Counted from the stretch's first letter, positions 42,309 through 53,247 are shown. The stretch is 64,000 nucleotides of DNA from Sedimentisphaerales bacterium (GCA_963663805.2 CAXXMR010000020.1:224001-288000), one strand, 5' to 3'. A program made the numbers and translations. The notes: generated from the sequence alone by a model not told the origin.

Positions 42309-42692
42309 ATGTTAGAGCAGTTGCCTCAGGCGTGGTGGATTTATGTGGTTTTAGGCGTGGTCGCTGGCATTGTCAGCGGGATGCTCGGTATCGGCAGCGG
42401 TTCGGTTGTTGTGCCTGCCCTGGTGATATTCTGCGCCTTTGGCCAGAAAAACGCTCAGGGCATCGCCCTGGCCGTCATGGTTCCTATGGCCCTGGTCGGA
42501 GCCTATCGCTACTGGCATAATCCCGAAATTGACCTCAATCTCGCCGTCGCACTTTTTATAGCTCTGGGCGCCGTCGTCGGTACTCTCATCGGCACAGAAC
42601 TAGTGACCCACATCCCCGCCGCTCTCCTGAAAAAGCTTTTTGCCATATTCCTGATAGTTGTGGCAGTTAAAATGTTTTTCAGTCCAGATTAA
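42309..42692 (+). CDS. Short TauE/SafE-family membrane protein
   Basis: GIVSGMLGIGSGSVVVPAL, AQGIAL, LLKKLFAIFL. Confidence 0.85.
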   Translation: MLEQLPQAWWIYVVLGVVAGIVSGMLGIGSGSVVVPALVIFCAFGQKNAQGIALAVMVPMALVGAYRYWHNPEIDLNLAVALFIALGAVVGTLIGTELVTHIPAALLKKLFAIFLIVVAVKMFFSPD

Positions 42693-42703
42693 AATGAGTC
42701 AAA

Positions 42704-42745
42704 AAAAGTCCCGGTCGGTATATCGTAACGCCGATCGGGACTTTT
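42704..42745. terminator. Bidirectional intrinsic terminator
   Basis: AAAAGTCCCGGTCGG...CCGATCGGGACTTTT between convergent genes. Confidence 0.8.
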
Positions 42746-42764
42746 GTTTAATCACAGGAGCGGA

Positions 42765-44534
42765 TTACTCCACAAAATGGATTCTTACATAGCTGATAGC
42801 GCCTTTGAACTGCCTGGAGGCGTTATTGAAATTGCCGATGCAGATATCCTCGCTATTTTTCAGTGAAGCGGTTGTCGTATCGCTTACATAGCCTCTGATG
42901 ACATCGTCGATGTAGATTTGAAGTTCATCATCGTCGGCATCGCGGCCTACGAGGATGTGATGCCAGCTGCCGTCATTGACATTGATGCTGCTGGTTACGC
43001 TTCTTTCGACATTGCCGTCACAGATGAGGAATTTTAATTTGCCGTCCTGCACTCTCAGCCACCATGAAGGCAGCAGGGTGCCGGAGTCTTTGGCGACTAG
43101 CGAACCAGAGCCTGTCGAGCCGCCCGAACCGTGATAGGTTGTCTTGAATTTCGCTTCGATCCAGAAGGTTTCGCCATAATCGAAATCGAGAACATTATTG
43201 GCGTAGCTGTCGTCGATAACGATATAATCGGTAGTAGTGGTATCACAACCGGATGTAGTAGTGCCAAACTCCAGGGCAGTATCTGAGTCCGGCCCGTTGA
43301 CGCATTTGACGGTTCCGCTGATACTGCCGTCCAGGGCGTAGCAGATGGAATTATAAGCGTAACCGCTTGTGCAGGTACCTACGCTGTAGTCCTCAAATTC
43401 CATCGCCAGGACTTCCGAATCGGTTAGCCAGTCGTCATTGAAGTAGACGAAGTCAATCTTTTCCCAATAATCACTGGCTCCGCTTTCGTAAAGTATGCCC
43501 ACGTACCCGTTGTTGAGGTCAACCATGTCGGAATAGCCGACATAATCGTCGATGAGCATTTTCTTTTCCGACCATGAACCCGCTTCGTTGAAGCTGCTGC
43601 GAATTGTCATATAGCGTCTTACGGTTTTGGTCGCTGGATTGGCGAATAATATCTGGTTGTAAGCATCTCCTAAGTCGGTCGAGGCATATTTGAGCAGTGA
43701 ACCGTGTACTATCGGGTCCGGCAGTTCCGTATCGAGTGCCAGGGCATCGTAGCTGGTCAGGAAATCAGATGTTTTTGTGACAATGCGGTAATATTCAGAG
43801 TCAACATCAGCGGTCTGGTTTCTCATATTGAAATAGATATCGCCGTTGGTCATTTCCTCAATACTTACTTCGTTAATACCGCAGGTGGAGGTGGCCATAA
43901 TCCTGCCGCTGTGCGACCATGATGAGCCGTTGTTGTCGCTGTAAAGCAGGCGAATTTTTCTGGTTCCGCCCGAGGTTCTGTAGCGGTAAGGGATAACCAG
44001 TCTGCCTGCATTCGCACCACGCTGAAGCTGAATTCCGTGGCAGGGGCCGGTATGGATGGAACCGTTGGTCAAATCCACGTCCGTTGGATAGCCCGCCGAC
44101 GGTATTTCCGCGTAGTTGCTCCAGGTTACGCCGTTATTGTCGCTATATTTATAGGCGATAGTGCAGCCGTTGACGCAGAAGAACACCCAGATACGTCCGT
44201 TGTCCTGGTCAACCACTGGTGTGGGGTTATGAAGCCGATTTGAGCCGTAGGAGTCGATCAGGATGTTTGAGCTCCAGTTGATGCCATTGTCGGTGCTGCG
44301 TTTGCATAAAATGTCGATGTTTCCCATGTCAGAACAGCTGTCAACGCGCCCTTCCACAATTGCCAACAAGGTTCCGCTTGTACTGCGTACAATAGTCGGA
44401 ATCCGATAGCAGTAATACCCGTTGGTGTCCTCCTCAAAAACTCGGCGACGGTGGGGCGGGTAGTAGCCCAGTGCCTCAAGGGTCATAACTGCTACTAAAA
44501 TAAGGGGAACAAACTTCCAATATGCTCTTGTCAT
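42765..44534 (-). CDS. GH33 sialidase with C-terminal LamG-like domain
   Basis: YRIP; Asp-boxes STDNGINW, SDNNGVTW, SDNNGSSW; INVNDGSWHHI. Confidence 0.9.
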   Translation of the reverse strand: MTRAYWKFVPLILVAVMTLEALGYYPPHRRRVFEEDTNGYYCYRIPTIVRSTSGTLLAIVEGRVDSCSDMGNIDILCKRSTDNGINWSSNILIDSYGSNRLHNPTPVVDQDNGRIWVFFCVNGCTIAYKYSDNNGVTWSNYAEIPSAGYPTDVDLTNGSIHTGPCHGIQLQRGANAGRLVIPYRYRTSGGTRKIRLLYSDNNGSSWSHSGRIMATSTCGINEVSIEEMTNGDIYFNMRNQTADVDSEYYRIVTKTSDFLTSYDALALDTELPDPIVHGSLLKYASTDLGDAYNQILFANPATKTVRRYMTIRSSFNEAGSWSEKKMLIDDYVGYSDMVDLNNGYVGILYESGASDYWEKIDFVYFNDDWLTDSEVLAMEFEDYSVGTCTSGYAYNSICYALDGSISGTVKCVNGPDSDTALEFGTTTSGCDTTTTDYIVIDDSYANNVLDFDYGETFWIEAKFKTTYHGSGGSTGSGSLVAKDSGTLLPSWWLRVQDGKLKFLICDGNVERSVTSSINVNDGSWHHILVGRDADDDELQIYIDDVIRGYVSDTTTASLKNSEDICIGNFNNASRQFKGAISYVRIHFVE

Positions 44535-44713
44535 GTCTTAATCTCCTTTTTGTTTAAAGGCATACCAGATGGAAACCGCGGACGCACGCCCGCGAAAAGT
44601 TTTGTTCAGGCGAATCACTGGATTTGACTCAGGTAGTAAAATGGTTCGGACGATGCTATTATCTACTGAGGTTACATAGCTTTTTCGGATCGAATCAGTA
44701 AAAGGTACGGATA

Positions 44714-44735
44714 TTGTTTAAAATATAATAAACAA
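44714..44735. promoter_or_regulatory. Palindromic operator candidate
   Basis: TTGTTTA-N8-TAAACAA in the divergent intergenic region. Confidence 0.4.
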
Positions 44736-44974
44736 CAATTTGAACAAATCAAGCAAATTTTGTTTATTGCCTTTGGGTTGTAACTTTGCTATATTAAATA
44801 AAATGTAATGCGTGCCAATTGGCATATGGATTTTTGTTTAGTTATTGCAAGATAGCTTGTTTAGTAGTTGTCTACTTTTGGGACGCCTGAATGTGAGCAG
44901 GGGATTATTATGTAACCCCGAAGCGGAATTCGGAATTTGTTAAATTTATGCTGCCGTAAACAAAGGTTTTTTTG

Positions 44975-46099
44975 ATGAGTGCTATCGAACATCAACTGGC
45001 GGAAATATTGACGGAAATCGCTGATCGCGGCAATGTGGGCCAACAGGCCCGCGAGAAACTGCATCACGAAGCCCTGAACTATCAGGACGTTGAGCATTTG
45101 CCCCTGATTTGCGCATACCCCATACCGACTGACGGCAAATATCAGCCTCTTCCGCACCGTGAAGTGTTCGCTAATCCTGTCAAAATGTTCTATAACCAGT
45201 TGCTAACCGCCTGGGACACCAGTATCTATTATAATGCCCAGGTCGGCGACGATTTGCCTTATACGATTCGTGCCGATTTTGGCACTGTGCTTATCGCCTC
45301 GATGTTCAATACCCAGGTCGAGCAGGTCGAAGACAATCCGCCCTGGATACGCCACGATAACGGCCCTGAGGTGTCTTACGACGAGATAATTGACACAGAC
45401 CCGAACGACCTGCAAAAAGGCTGGGTGACGCGGGTATTAAGCCAGTATGAGTTTTATCACGAACAACTTGACAAACGCCCTGAACTGAAAGACATCCTCA
45501 AAATCAGCCTGCCCGACCTGCAAGGTCCGTTTGACAACCTCGAACTGATTCTCGGCTCGGATGTTTTCATGGACTTCTACAGCAAGCCCGAAAAAATCGC
45601 TCAGGCCTTGCACCGGCTCGCGGAGATTCAGGTCAATCTTGCTCGTCTTTTTGGTAAATACGAAACCGATAACGCTTCAGGCATGACCTGCCAGCATGGT
45701 TTTTATATCAAAGGTAACATTCTGTTGCGAAATGATTCCTGCATTATGGTTGGGCCTGACATGTACCGCGACCAGATTCGCCCAGCCGACTCTTACGTCC
45801 TGCAGGAACTCGGCGGCGGTTCAATCCATTCCTGCGGCGATTTAGGCCGATTGGCTCAGGAACTGCTCACGGTTGAAGGTGTGCTGGGTCTGGATTTCGG
45901 CCAGTCCGAGATGAACGATGTCCCCGCCGTGTACGCTCAGGCACGCGAAAATAAAAAACCGCTCTACAGAGTCGCGATTACAGCGGACATGCTCAAAGAT
46001 GGTTTCCTGCGGGACTATCCAACCGGTATAGCCCTGGTCTGCCGTTGCAACAGCATCGCTCAGGCAAAAGAAATGGTAAAGGCAATCAAACAAGCGTGA
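44975..46099 (+). CDS. URO-D/CIMS-like TIM-barrel protein
   Basis: LPDLQGPFD, SIHSCG, LDFGQ. Confidence 0.65.
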   Translation: MSAIEHQLAEILTEIADRGNVGQQAREKLHHEALNYQDVEHLPLICAYPIPTDGKYQPLPHREVFANPVKMFYNQLLTAWDTSIYYNAQVGDDLPYTIRADFGTVLIASMFNTQVEQVEDNPPWIRHDNGPEVSYDEIIDTDPNDLQKGWVTRVLSQYEFYHEQLDKRPELKDILKISLPDLQGPFDNLELILGSDVFMDFYSKPEKIAQALHRLAEIQVNLARLFGKYETDNASGMTCQHGFYIKGNILLRNDSCIMVGPDMYRDQIRPADSYVLQELGGGSIHSCGDLGRLAQELLTVEGVLGLDFGQSEMNDVPAVYAQARENKKPLYRVAITADMLKDGFLRDYPTGIALVCRCNSIAQAKEMVKAIKQA

Positions 46100-46140
46100 A
46101 GGCAATAGTATTTGTTCGTTATAGAAGTTTTTGAAAGGTA

Positions 46141-47280
46141 ATGATGATGAATAAGTTTTTTCTGACAGGTGTATTATTGATTATGGTTACATTCTCATGG
46201 GCTCAGAACACCCCGGTAGTATCTCAGGATATTTTTGTTTCCGGCGAGAACGGTTATAATACCTATCGCATCCCCGCTATCGTCTGCACTGCCAAAGGCA
46301 CTTTGCTGGCCTTTTGCGAAGGACGCAAAGACGGCAAAAGCGACCGCGGCGACATCGACCTGCTGCTCAAACGTTCAAAGGACAGCGGCAAAACCTGGTC
46401 CGCTATGCAGACTGTCTGGGACGACAAGGACAACACCTGCGGCAATCCCTGTCCGGTAGTTGACCAGATCACCGGCGATATTATTATGCTTTCCACCTGG
46501 AATCTCGGCCAAGACAGCGAAAAAGACCTGATGGCCGCCACCAGTAAAAGTACCCGCCGCGTTTTTGTGCTGACCTCATCCGATGACGGCCTTACCTGGT
46601 CCGATGCCCGTGAGATTACCGACCAGACCAAACGCCAGGACTGGCGCTGGTACGCTACCGGCCCAGGTGTCGGCATCCAGTTGCGTCACGGCGAACACAA
46701 AGGCCGTCTGGTCATTCCCGCCAACCATTCCTTCCCCGAATATTTCCCGCAATGCCATTATGGCGCCCACGTAATCTTCAGCGACGACCACGGCAAAACC
46801 TGGAAGTACAGCGATTCCGTCCAGCCCGGCCTCAACGAAACTCAGATGGTCGAACTTAGCGACGGCACACTAATGCTCAATATGAGAAACTACAAATATC
46901 GCGGTCGCCGTGCCTTCGCCTGGAGCGATGACGGCGGTATGACCTGGCCCCGCATAGACTACAAGACCAGCCTCGTCGAACCACGCTGCCAGGGCAGTAC
47001 CATTACTCTGGAAAAAACTTTGGTTGACGGCGAACCCGTCGTCTTGTTCGCTAACCCCAACTCCGAAACCAAACGCGTAAAAATGACCGTAAGGGCCTCA
47101 ACCGACGATTGTCAAACCTGGCCCATTGCCCAAGAATTATTCCCCGGCCCCTCAGCCTATTCGTCTCTGGTAGAACTCGCCGACGGACGTATCGGATGCT
47201 TCTATGAATGCGGCACAAAACAACCCTATGAAAAAATCACGCTAGCCCTGTTCTCCTACGACTGGCTCAAAAGCAAATAA
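46141..47280 (+). CDS. GH33 sialidase
   Basis: Signal peptide, YRIP, four Asp-boxes, NETQMVEL, SAYSSL, FYECG. Confidence 0.93.
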   Translation: MMMNKFFLTGVLLIMVTFSWAQNTPVVSQDIFVSGENGYNTYRIPAIVCTAKGTLLAFCEGRKDGKSDRGDIDLLLKRSKDSGKTWSAMQTVWDDKDNTCGNPCPVVDQITGDIIMLSTWNLGQDSEKDLMAATSKSTRRVFVLTSSDDGLTWSDAREITDQTKRQDWRWYATGPGVGIQLRHGEHKGRLVIPANHSFPEYFPQCHYGAHVIFSDDHGKTWKYSDSVQPGLNETQMVELSDGTLMLNMRNYKYRGRRAFAWSDDGGMTWPRIDYKTSLVEPRCQGSTITLEKTLVDGEPVVLFANPNSETKRVKMTVRASTDDCQTWPIAQELFPGPSAYSSLVELADGRIGCFYECGTKQPYEKITLALFSYDWLKSK

Positions 47281-47579
47281 GCCAGCCAGAGAGATTGTCA
47301 CGCGGGAACTAATCTTAGGCAATGAATCTGATACCTTGCGGGCAGAAATAAAACAAAAACTGCGAAATAAGTGACAAAAATTTAAAAAAATTAGCTTTTT
47401 CGGCCAAAAAACTTAAAAAAAAACCTCAAAAAACGGTCCGTTAAGCCAATTTCGCGCTGGAAATTCCGCCCTCAGGAACGCAAAAAAAATCTAGGGTTTA
47501 TCTTCAAGCCTTCCCTAACTATAATTACCAGAAAGGTAATGAAAAACCCAACATACTTGTTGAAAAGCACTTAAAACAC

Positions 47580-48809
47580 ATGCCTCAATACACATACCAG
47601 GCTATCAATCGCTCCGGCCAAACAATCAACGGCCAAATCAACACCAAATCCACAAAACAAGCAATTGCCCAACTTGCCGAAAATGGAATTTTTGTCCACG
47701 AAATCAAACTCGCCGACTCTGCAAATCCCGAATCTAAAAAGAGTTACATCGGACCAGTTTCAAGGCTCAAACTCTCCGAGCGGGAGAGAGCCGAGTTTAT
47801 TCGTCAGTTGGCAACCGCGCTGCAAGCAAAATTCCCACTACTGACAGCCCTCCACGTGGTAGGGCAGCAGAACCCTTCAAAGGTTATCAAAAAACTGGTT
47901 ACGGAAATTTCCGATATCATAACCGCAGGCCAGAGCTTCTCTTACGCTATTGCCCGGTTCCCTAAGGTTTTCGATAAGATGCACATTTCCATGATTGCTG
48001 TCGGCGAATCCGCCGGCGACCTCGAACACGCCACCGAACATTTGGCCACCCTAATCGAGCGAGACCAGGAAACCCGCAGCAATATTCTCACCGCCAGTTT
48101 GTATCCCGCTTTTGTACTCTGTCTGGGCTTAATATCTGTCGCCGTGGTAGTTACGTGGATTATGCCCCAGATTCTCGGTACCCTGGCCGGTGATACTTCG
48201 GTTTTGCCCTGGGCTACCCGGGCAATTATCAGTGTCAGTGACTTCCTCAGACATTTCGGCTGGCTGGCAGTAGTCGCCGTCCTTCTTTTTGGGCTCGTAT
48301 TACGTCGCTGGGCCCGCACCAAGACAGGTCGCTTTGTTTTTGATGGCCTGAAACTCCGTATCCCTATATTGGGCACTGTGTTACAGAAATGGGCGGTAGC
48401 TCGTTTCGCCCGGACTCTGGGCACGCTCTGTCATGGTGGTGTCGATATTCTCGAAGCATTGGCCATTACTCGAAACAGTCTGGGCAACGAAGTTTTGGCC
48501 CGAGAGGTTGACCAGCTGGCCACTCAGGTTCGTGCCGGAAAAACGCTGGCCCGGCCTTTACGCCAGTCAGGGAGATTTCCGGCACTCCTGGTGCAGATAG
48601 TCGCTATAGGCGAGGAGACGGGTCAGTTGCCCGACCTGCTGCTCAAGGCCGCCGACAGTTTCGATCGTGACACATCCGTTGCTATCAAAAGGTTTATGGC
48701 CCTTTTTCCGGCGATACTTATCTTTATTCTCGCCTTGATAGTGGGGTTCATCGTAATGGGAACGCTTCTGCCCATCGTACAAATCGAAACCACGATGCCT
48801 GGAATTTGA
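47580..48809 (+). CDS. Type II secretion F / PilC-family protein
   Basis: FIRQLAT, VGESAGDL, LYPAFV, ARFARTLGTL, IGEETGQL. Confidence 0.93.
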   Translation: MPQYTYQAINRSGQTINGQINTKSTKQAIAQLAENGIFVHEIKLADSANPESKKSYIGPVSRLKLSERERAEFIRQLATALQAKFPLLTALHVVGQQNPSKVIKKLVTEISDIITAGQSFSYAIARFPKVFDKMHISMIAVGESAGDLEHATEHLATLIERDQETRSNILTASLYPAFVLCLGLISVAVVVTWIMPQILGTLAGDTSVLPWATRAIISVSDFLRHFGWLAVVAVLLFGLVLRRWARTKTGRFVFDGLKLRIPILGTVLQKWAVARFARTLGTLCHGGVDILEALAITRNSLGNEVLAREVDQLATQVRAGKTLARPLRQSGRFPALLVQIVAIGEETGQLPDLLLKAADSFDRDTSVAIKRFMALFPAILIFILALIVGFIVMGTLLPIVQIETTMPGI

Positions 48810-48818
48810 CATCTTTTT

Positions 48819-49959
48819 ATGGTCGAAACACATATTACCAAAGTTTTTATCTCCGCCGCGGAAACCTCCGGTGACAAACACGCCGCTCATCTAATTAACG
48901 CTCTGAAGGTCCAGATTCCCCGTGTGAAAACGGACGGTCTGGGCGGGTCGGCGATGGAAAAGGCGGGATGTAATTTGCTGGAAAATCTCATCGAGCGCAG
49001 TGCCATGCTGGGGGCGGCGGTCAAACAGATACCTTTTTATCATAAGCTACTCAAGCGGGTTAAAGCATATTTGCTGGAAGAAACGCCTGATTTGGTGATT
49101 CTGGTTGATTCACCGGCGTGGAATTTTCATATCGCCAAAGCCGCCCGGCAGCTGGGTATTCCGGTACTTTATTATATCGCGCCGCAACTCTGGGCCTGGG
49201 GGGCATGGCGGCTGAAGAAGCTGCGTAATAATGTTGATAAGGTTGCTTGTATTCTGCCGTTTGAGGAGGAATGGTTCAGGTCACGCGGGGTTCCGGCTGA
49301 ATATGTCGGGCATCCGTTGTTTGATGATTCGCATTTGAGTATTACTTATCCGGGTGAGTCGGGCAATAATAATACTGCTCCAACGGTTGCATTATTGCCG
49401 GGTTCACGGAGTCAGGAAATCGAAAAGCTCTGGAAGCCGATGCTGACAATTGCTTTGAATATTCGGCGGAAATATCCTAACACGGTTTTTCTGACAACGG
49501 CTTCAAACGAAAAAAATGAACAGCAGATGCGTCAGGCCCTGCCGGACGATTTTGATATTGAGTTCAGGGATCGCGGCATCGAAGCGGTTACCCGTTACGC
49601 CGATTTGACTCTGGTAGCTTCGGGAACGGCCACTCTGGAGGTGGCGGCTCAGGCATGCCCAATGATAGTAATGTATCATATCAATCCTGTCAGTTGGAAT
49701 CTTGTCGGACGTTTGCTTATCAAGACGAAGCATTTGAGTCTGGTCAATATTCTGGCGGGAGTAGAGCTGGTGCCGGAATATATGCCGTTTTTCCATCAGG
49801 AACAGGAAGTTTCGGAGGTTGCTTTAGAGATTCTGGGCAGCGAAGAACGGAAAAAACGCTTTGCGAAAGTCACTGCGAAATCTAATGAAGCCAATTCTAA
49901 AACCCGGAGCGGCGGAACGAGTGGCGGTTATCGCCAGACAAATGATTCAGAACGTCTAA
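48819..49959 (+). CDS. lpxB: Lipid-A-disaccharide synthase, one extra base near the 3' end
   Basis: AAETSGD, YYIAPQLWAW, YVGHPL, LLPGSRSQE, ASGTATLE; the expected tail KPGAAERVA appears only if one A is removed from 49851-49856. Confidence 0.95.
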
Positions 49960-50034
49960 GCCGTGCTATCGAGTACTTTTTCAGGGATTTTCACCCCAAA
50001 AAGGCAATATAGTATCCCAATATGTAATTACCAG

Positions 50035-50063
50035 TTGCAAAAAGCCCCTGATATCACTACTAT
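50035..50063 (+). promoter_or_regulatory. sigma70-type promoter of tRNA-Leu
   Basis: TTGCAA-N17-TACTAT. Confidence 0.6.
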
Positions 50064-50075
50064 TACTCTCCCAAT

Positions 50076-50158
50076 GCGAGCGTGGCGGAATTGGCAGACG
50101 CGCTAGATTTAGGTTCTAGTACCCGAAGGGTGTGGAGGTTCGACTCCTCTCGCTCGCA
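50076..50158 (+). tRNA. tRNA-Leu (TAG), CCA not encoded
   Basis: GCGAGCG acceptor stem, CTAGA-TTTAGGT-TCTAG anticodon arm, long variable arm, GGTTCGACTCC. Confidence 0.97.
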
Positions 50159-50224
50159 TTTTTTTAACTTATTTATTCACAAGTATTTAATCATTGAAAA
50201 TTACCTGACTACTTTTAATGCCTT

Positions 50225-50500
50225 GGACAGGATTACAGGATTATTTTTATTTAACAGATAACGGCAAAAGAAGATTAACAGGATTGTAAGCGTTCACAGC
50301 ATTTCAAATTGAGCGGCATCGATACGATTATGCTGCCCTTGCAGGGCGAAAGAATATGTTGGCCATGTTTTGCCAGGGTGTCGTTCGCTTTGCTCACTTT
50401 GCCCTGGGCTAAGTTATGTCGGCCTTTCAGGCCTGGCAAGGTTTCGGCCTGGGGCCGAGATTTATCTTATTATCCGGCGGCTTGCGCCACTCGGCTTTTG
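50225..50500. repeat. Cluster of REP-like palindromes and ACAGGATT units
   Basis: ACAGGATTACAGGATT; GCCCTTGCAGGGC; CCAGGG...CCCTGG; GGCCTTTCAGGCC. Confidence 0.55.
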
Positions 50501-50524
50501 CGCTTTTATGAGACCGGGGTTGGG

Positions 50525-51976
50525 TTAGATTCCGTATTCGGTCCAGCGTTTGTCTACCATTTTCTTGATCTCGGCGGGCATTTCGATTTTTGGGGGCCAG
50601 GGTCTGAGGTGGCCTTCACCGGGGATTTTTCGGGTGGCGTCAATGCCCATTTTACTGCCGGCACATAGATAGCTTGCGGCATGGTCGAGGGCATCTACGG
50701 GGCCGTCTACCAGGCAGGTGTCGCGACGAGGATCGACGTGGGCACCAAGATGGAAAATCACCTGGTCGAGGTCGTGCACGTCAACTTCGGCGTCGAAAAC
50801 CACAATGAATTTACTGAACATTAACTGTCCCATACCCCAGATGGCGTGCATGACTTTTCGGGCTTGATAGGGATATGATTTTTTGATGCTGACGAAGCAG
50901 AAATTGTGGAATACGCCAGCGGCGGGGAGGTGGTAATCGACCACTTCGGGCAGAATCATTTGTACGAGGGGCAGGAAGATACGCTCGGTGGCGAGGCCCA
51001 GGTAATAATCTTCCATAGGCGGGACACCCACGATAGTTGCGGGGTAGATTGCGTTGTGTCTCATGGTGATGGCAGAGACGGTGAAGCGTGGGTATGGTTC
51101 GGGCATGGTGTAGTAGCCGGTGTGGTCGCCGAAGGGGCCTTCGGGTACTAGGTCGGTGGGGTCAACGGTGCCTTCGACAACGATTTCGGCATGGGCGGGT
51201 ACTTCAAGGTCGATACTGACGCATTTAACGGTTTCGACGGCTTTTTGACGCAGGAAACCGGCAAAGAGCAGTTCGTCCATGCCGGGCGGCAGGGGTGCGG
51301 ATGCCGCATAGCTGAGGGCTGGGTCGCCGCCCATGACGAGGGCGACGGGCATTAGTTGTCCCTTTTTTTCGTAACCGCGGAAATGTTCGGCTCCGTCATG
51401 GTGAATTTGCCAATGAGCGGCGCAGGTGTGTTTATCAAGTTTCTGCATGCGGTACATGCCGACATTGCGTTTGCCGGTGTGGATGTCTTGGCTATAGATA
51501 CCGGCGAAGGTAAAGTATCTTCCGCCGTCTTCGGGCCAGCATTTGAGTATGGGCAGCAGGTCTAGGTCGGCCTCTTTATCGCGGAGGATGATTTCCTGGC
51601 AGGGTGCTTTTTTGATGGTTTTGGGGGCCAGGGAGGCCAGCGAGGCTAGTTCGGGCAGTTTACGGATTTTGCCCATCAGGGTGTCGGGTACTTCGGTCTG
51701 GAGGAGGTTTCTGATACGGTCGGCGATTTGGGTGAAGTCGTTTACTCTGAGGGCGCGGCACATTCGGGTTTTACTGCCGAGGGCGTTGATGAGCAGGGGG
51801 AGTCTGGAGCCTTTTACCTTTTCGAAGAGCAGGGCCTTGCCGCCGTGGGGACTTTTCATGACGCGATCGACGATTTCGGTGATTTCCAGCTCAGGATCGA
51901 CCTCGACCGGGATGCGTACCAGGTCATTTCGCTGTTCCAGGTCAGCCAGAAAATCTCTTAAATCTGTATATGCCAT
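50525..51976 (-). CDS. UbiD-family decarboxylase (menaquinone futalosine-pathway type)
   Basis: RNVGMYRMQ, HWQIHHDG, EGPFGDHTGYY, GSKMGIDAT. Confidence 0.92.
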   Translation of the reverse strand: MAYTDLRDFLADLEQRNDLVRIPVEVDPELEITEIVDRVMKSPHGGKALLFEKVKGSRLPLLINALGSKTRMCRALRVNDFTQIADRIRNLLQTEVPDTLMGKIRKLPELASLASLAPKTIKKAPCQEIILRDKEADLDLLPILKCWPEDGGRYFTFAGIYSQDIHTGKRNVGMYRMQKLDKHTCAAHWQIHHDGAEHFRGYEKKGQLMPVALVMGGDPALSYAASAPLPPGMDELLFAGFLRQKAVETVKCVSIDLEVPAHAEIVVEGTVDPTDLVPEGPFGDHTGYYTMPEPYPRFTVSAITMRHNAIYPATIVGVPPMEDYYLGLATERIFLPLVQMILPEVVDYHLPAAGVFHNFCFVSIKKSYPYQARKVMHAIWGMGQLMFSKFIVVFDAEVDVHDLDQVIFHLGAHVDPRRDTCLVDGPVDALDHAASYLCAGSKMGIDATRKIPGEGHLRPWPPKIEMPAEIKKMVDKRWTEYGI

Positions 51977-52134
51977 GTTTGAACGCCTTTATACTCGATA
52001 ATTTGTGATATTGAGTCTTATTATGTGATACTTTCACTGAAAATGTTTGTATGTTGTCTTTTGAGAATTATAATGCCCGCAGATTAGATTGGCCAGTATA
52101 CATTCGGCGAACTCCATACTGAGGAGATTAGGTT

Positions 52135-53232
52135 GTGGCGATAGATTTTGGGCCGGAACGTTGGGCGACGGTTAAGGAAACTTACGGGAAATTCTGGGCT
52201 GGGACGCTCGGTCGGCCAGTTATACCGATCGAGCTGGCACCGGAAGAAGATGGTGGTGGTGATGATATTCCGCTGCTGGCGATGGATAATGTTCATCGGC
52301 TGGATATTCCGGCTGAGGCGGTTGTCGAACGGTGGGATAAGTATCTATCGGGTAAAGTTTATCTGGGTGACGCGTTTCCACGTTTTACGATGGTGGAGTA
52401 TGGGCCGGGTTTGATGGCGGCGTTTATGGGTGGTCGACTGGATAATTCTACGGGGCTGGTTTGGTTTCATCCGGCGAAAGAGCAGGAAATCGAGGATATT
52501 CATTTTGAGTATGATCCGGAGAATGTGTGGTTCAATCGCATCAAAGACCTTTGCCGGGCCGCGGTGGAACGCTGGGATGGTCAGGTTCAGGTATCTATGC
52601 CGGATTTGGGCGGGAATCTGGATGTATTATCGACTTTCAGACCTTCGGAAAAACTGCTGATGGACCTCATTGATAAGCCTGAGGAGGTCAAGCGGCTGGT
52701 CTGGGAGGCACATGAGCTATGGCATCGCTATTACGCGGAGATAAATGAGATACTCCAGCCGGTTAATCCGGGTTATTCTGCCTGGGCTAATCTTTTAAGC
52801 GATGAACCTTATTATATGCTCCAGTGTGATTTCGCGTACATGATTGGGCCGGGCATGTTCGATGAGTTTTCTCTGCCGGAACTGAAGGCTACCTGCAAGA
52901 AACTGGGGAATCCGTTTTTCCATCTGGATGGGCCGGGTATGATTGGGCATCTGGACAGTTTGTTGGGTATCCCGGATCTGAAGGGGGTGCAATGGGTGCC
53001 GGGCAGCGGCCAGAAGACGGCGGGGCACTGGCCTGAGATATTCCAGAAGATTTATCAGGCGGGCCGGTTGATGCAGGTTACCTGTGCGACGTTTGAGGAT
53101 TTGGATGCGATATTGCAAGTTGTCCCTGAACCGGGTAGGATTGCTTATAAAGGGAACGAGGTTGAGGGGGTATCTCTGGGTAGGCGAGACGAGGTTGTAA
53201 AGGCGCTTAAGCATTTCGGGTTGGAGTGCTGA
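52135..53232 (+). CDS. URO-D/CIMS-like TIM-barrel protein
   Basis: MPDLGGNLD, LQCDFAYMIGP, FHLDGPG, VQWVPG. Confidence 0.7.
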   Translation: MAIDFGPERWATVKETYGKFWAGTLGRPVIPIELAPEEDGGGDDIPLLAMDNVHRLDIPAEAVVERWDKYLSGKVYLGDAFPRFTMVEYGPGLMAAFMGGRLDNSTGLVWFHPAKEQEIEDIHFEYDPENVWFNRIKDLCRAAVERWDGQVQVSMPDLGGNLDVLSTFRPSEKLLMDLIDKPEEVKRLVWEAHELWHRYYAEINEILQPVNPGYSAWANLLSDEPYYMLQCDFAYMIGPGMFDEFSLPELKATCKKLGNPFFHLDGPGMIGHLDSLLGIPDLKGVQWVPGSGQKTAGHWPEIFQKIYQAGRLMQVTCATFEDLDAILQVVPEPGRIAYKGNEVEGVSLGRRDEVVKALKHFGLEC

Positions 53233-53247
53233 AGATGGCGGCAGGGT

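Noticed and set aside
49960..50012. Extended LpxB C-terminus
   Set aside because: Result of the extra A at 49851-49856.
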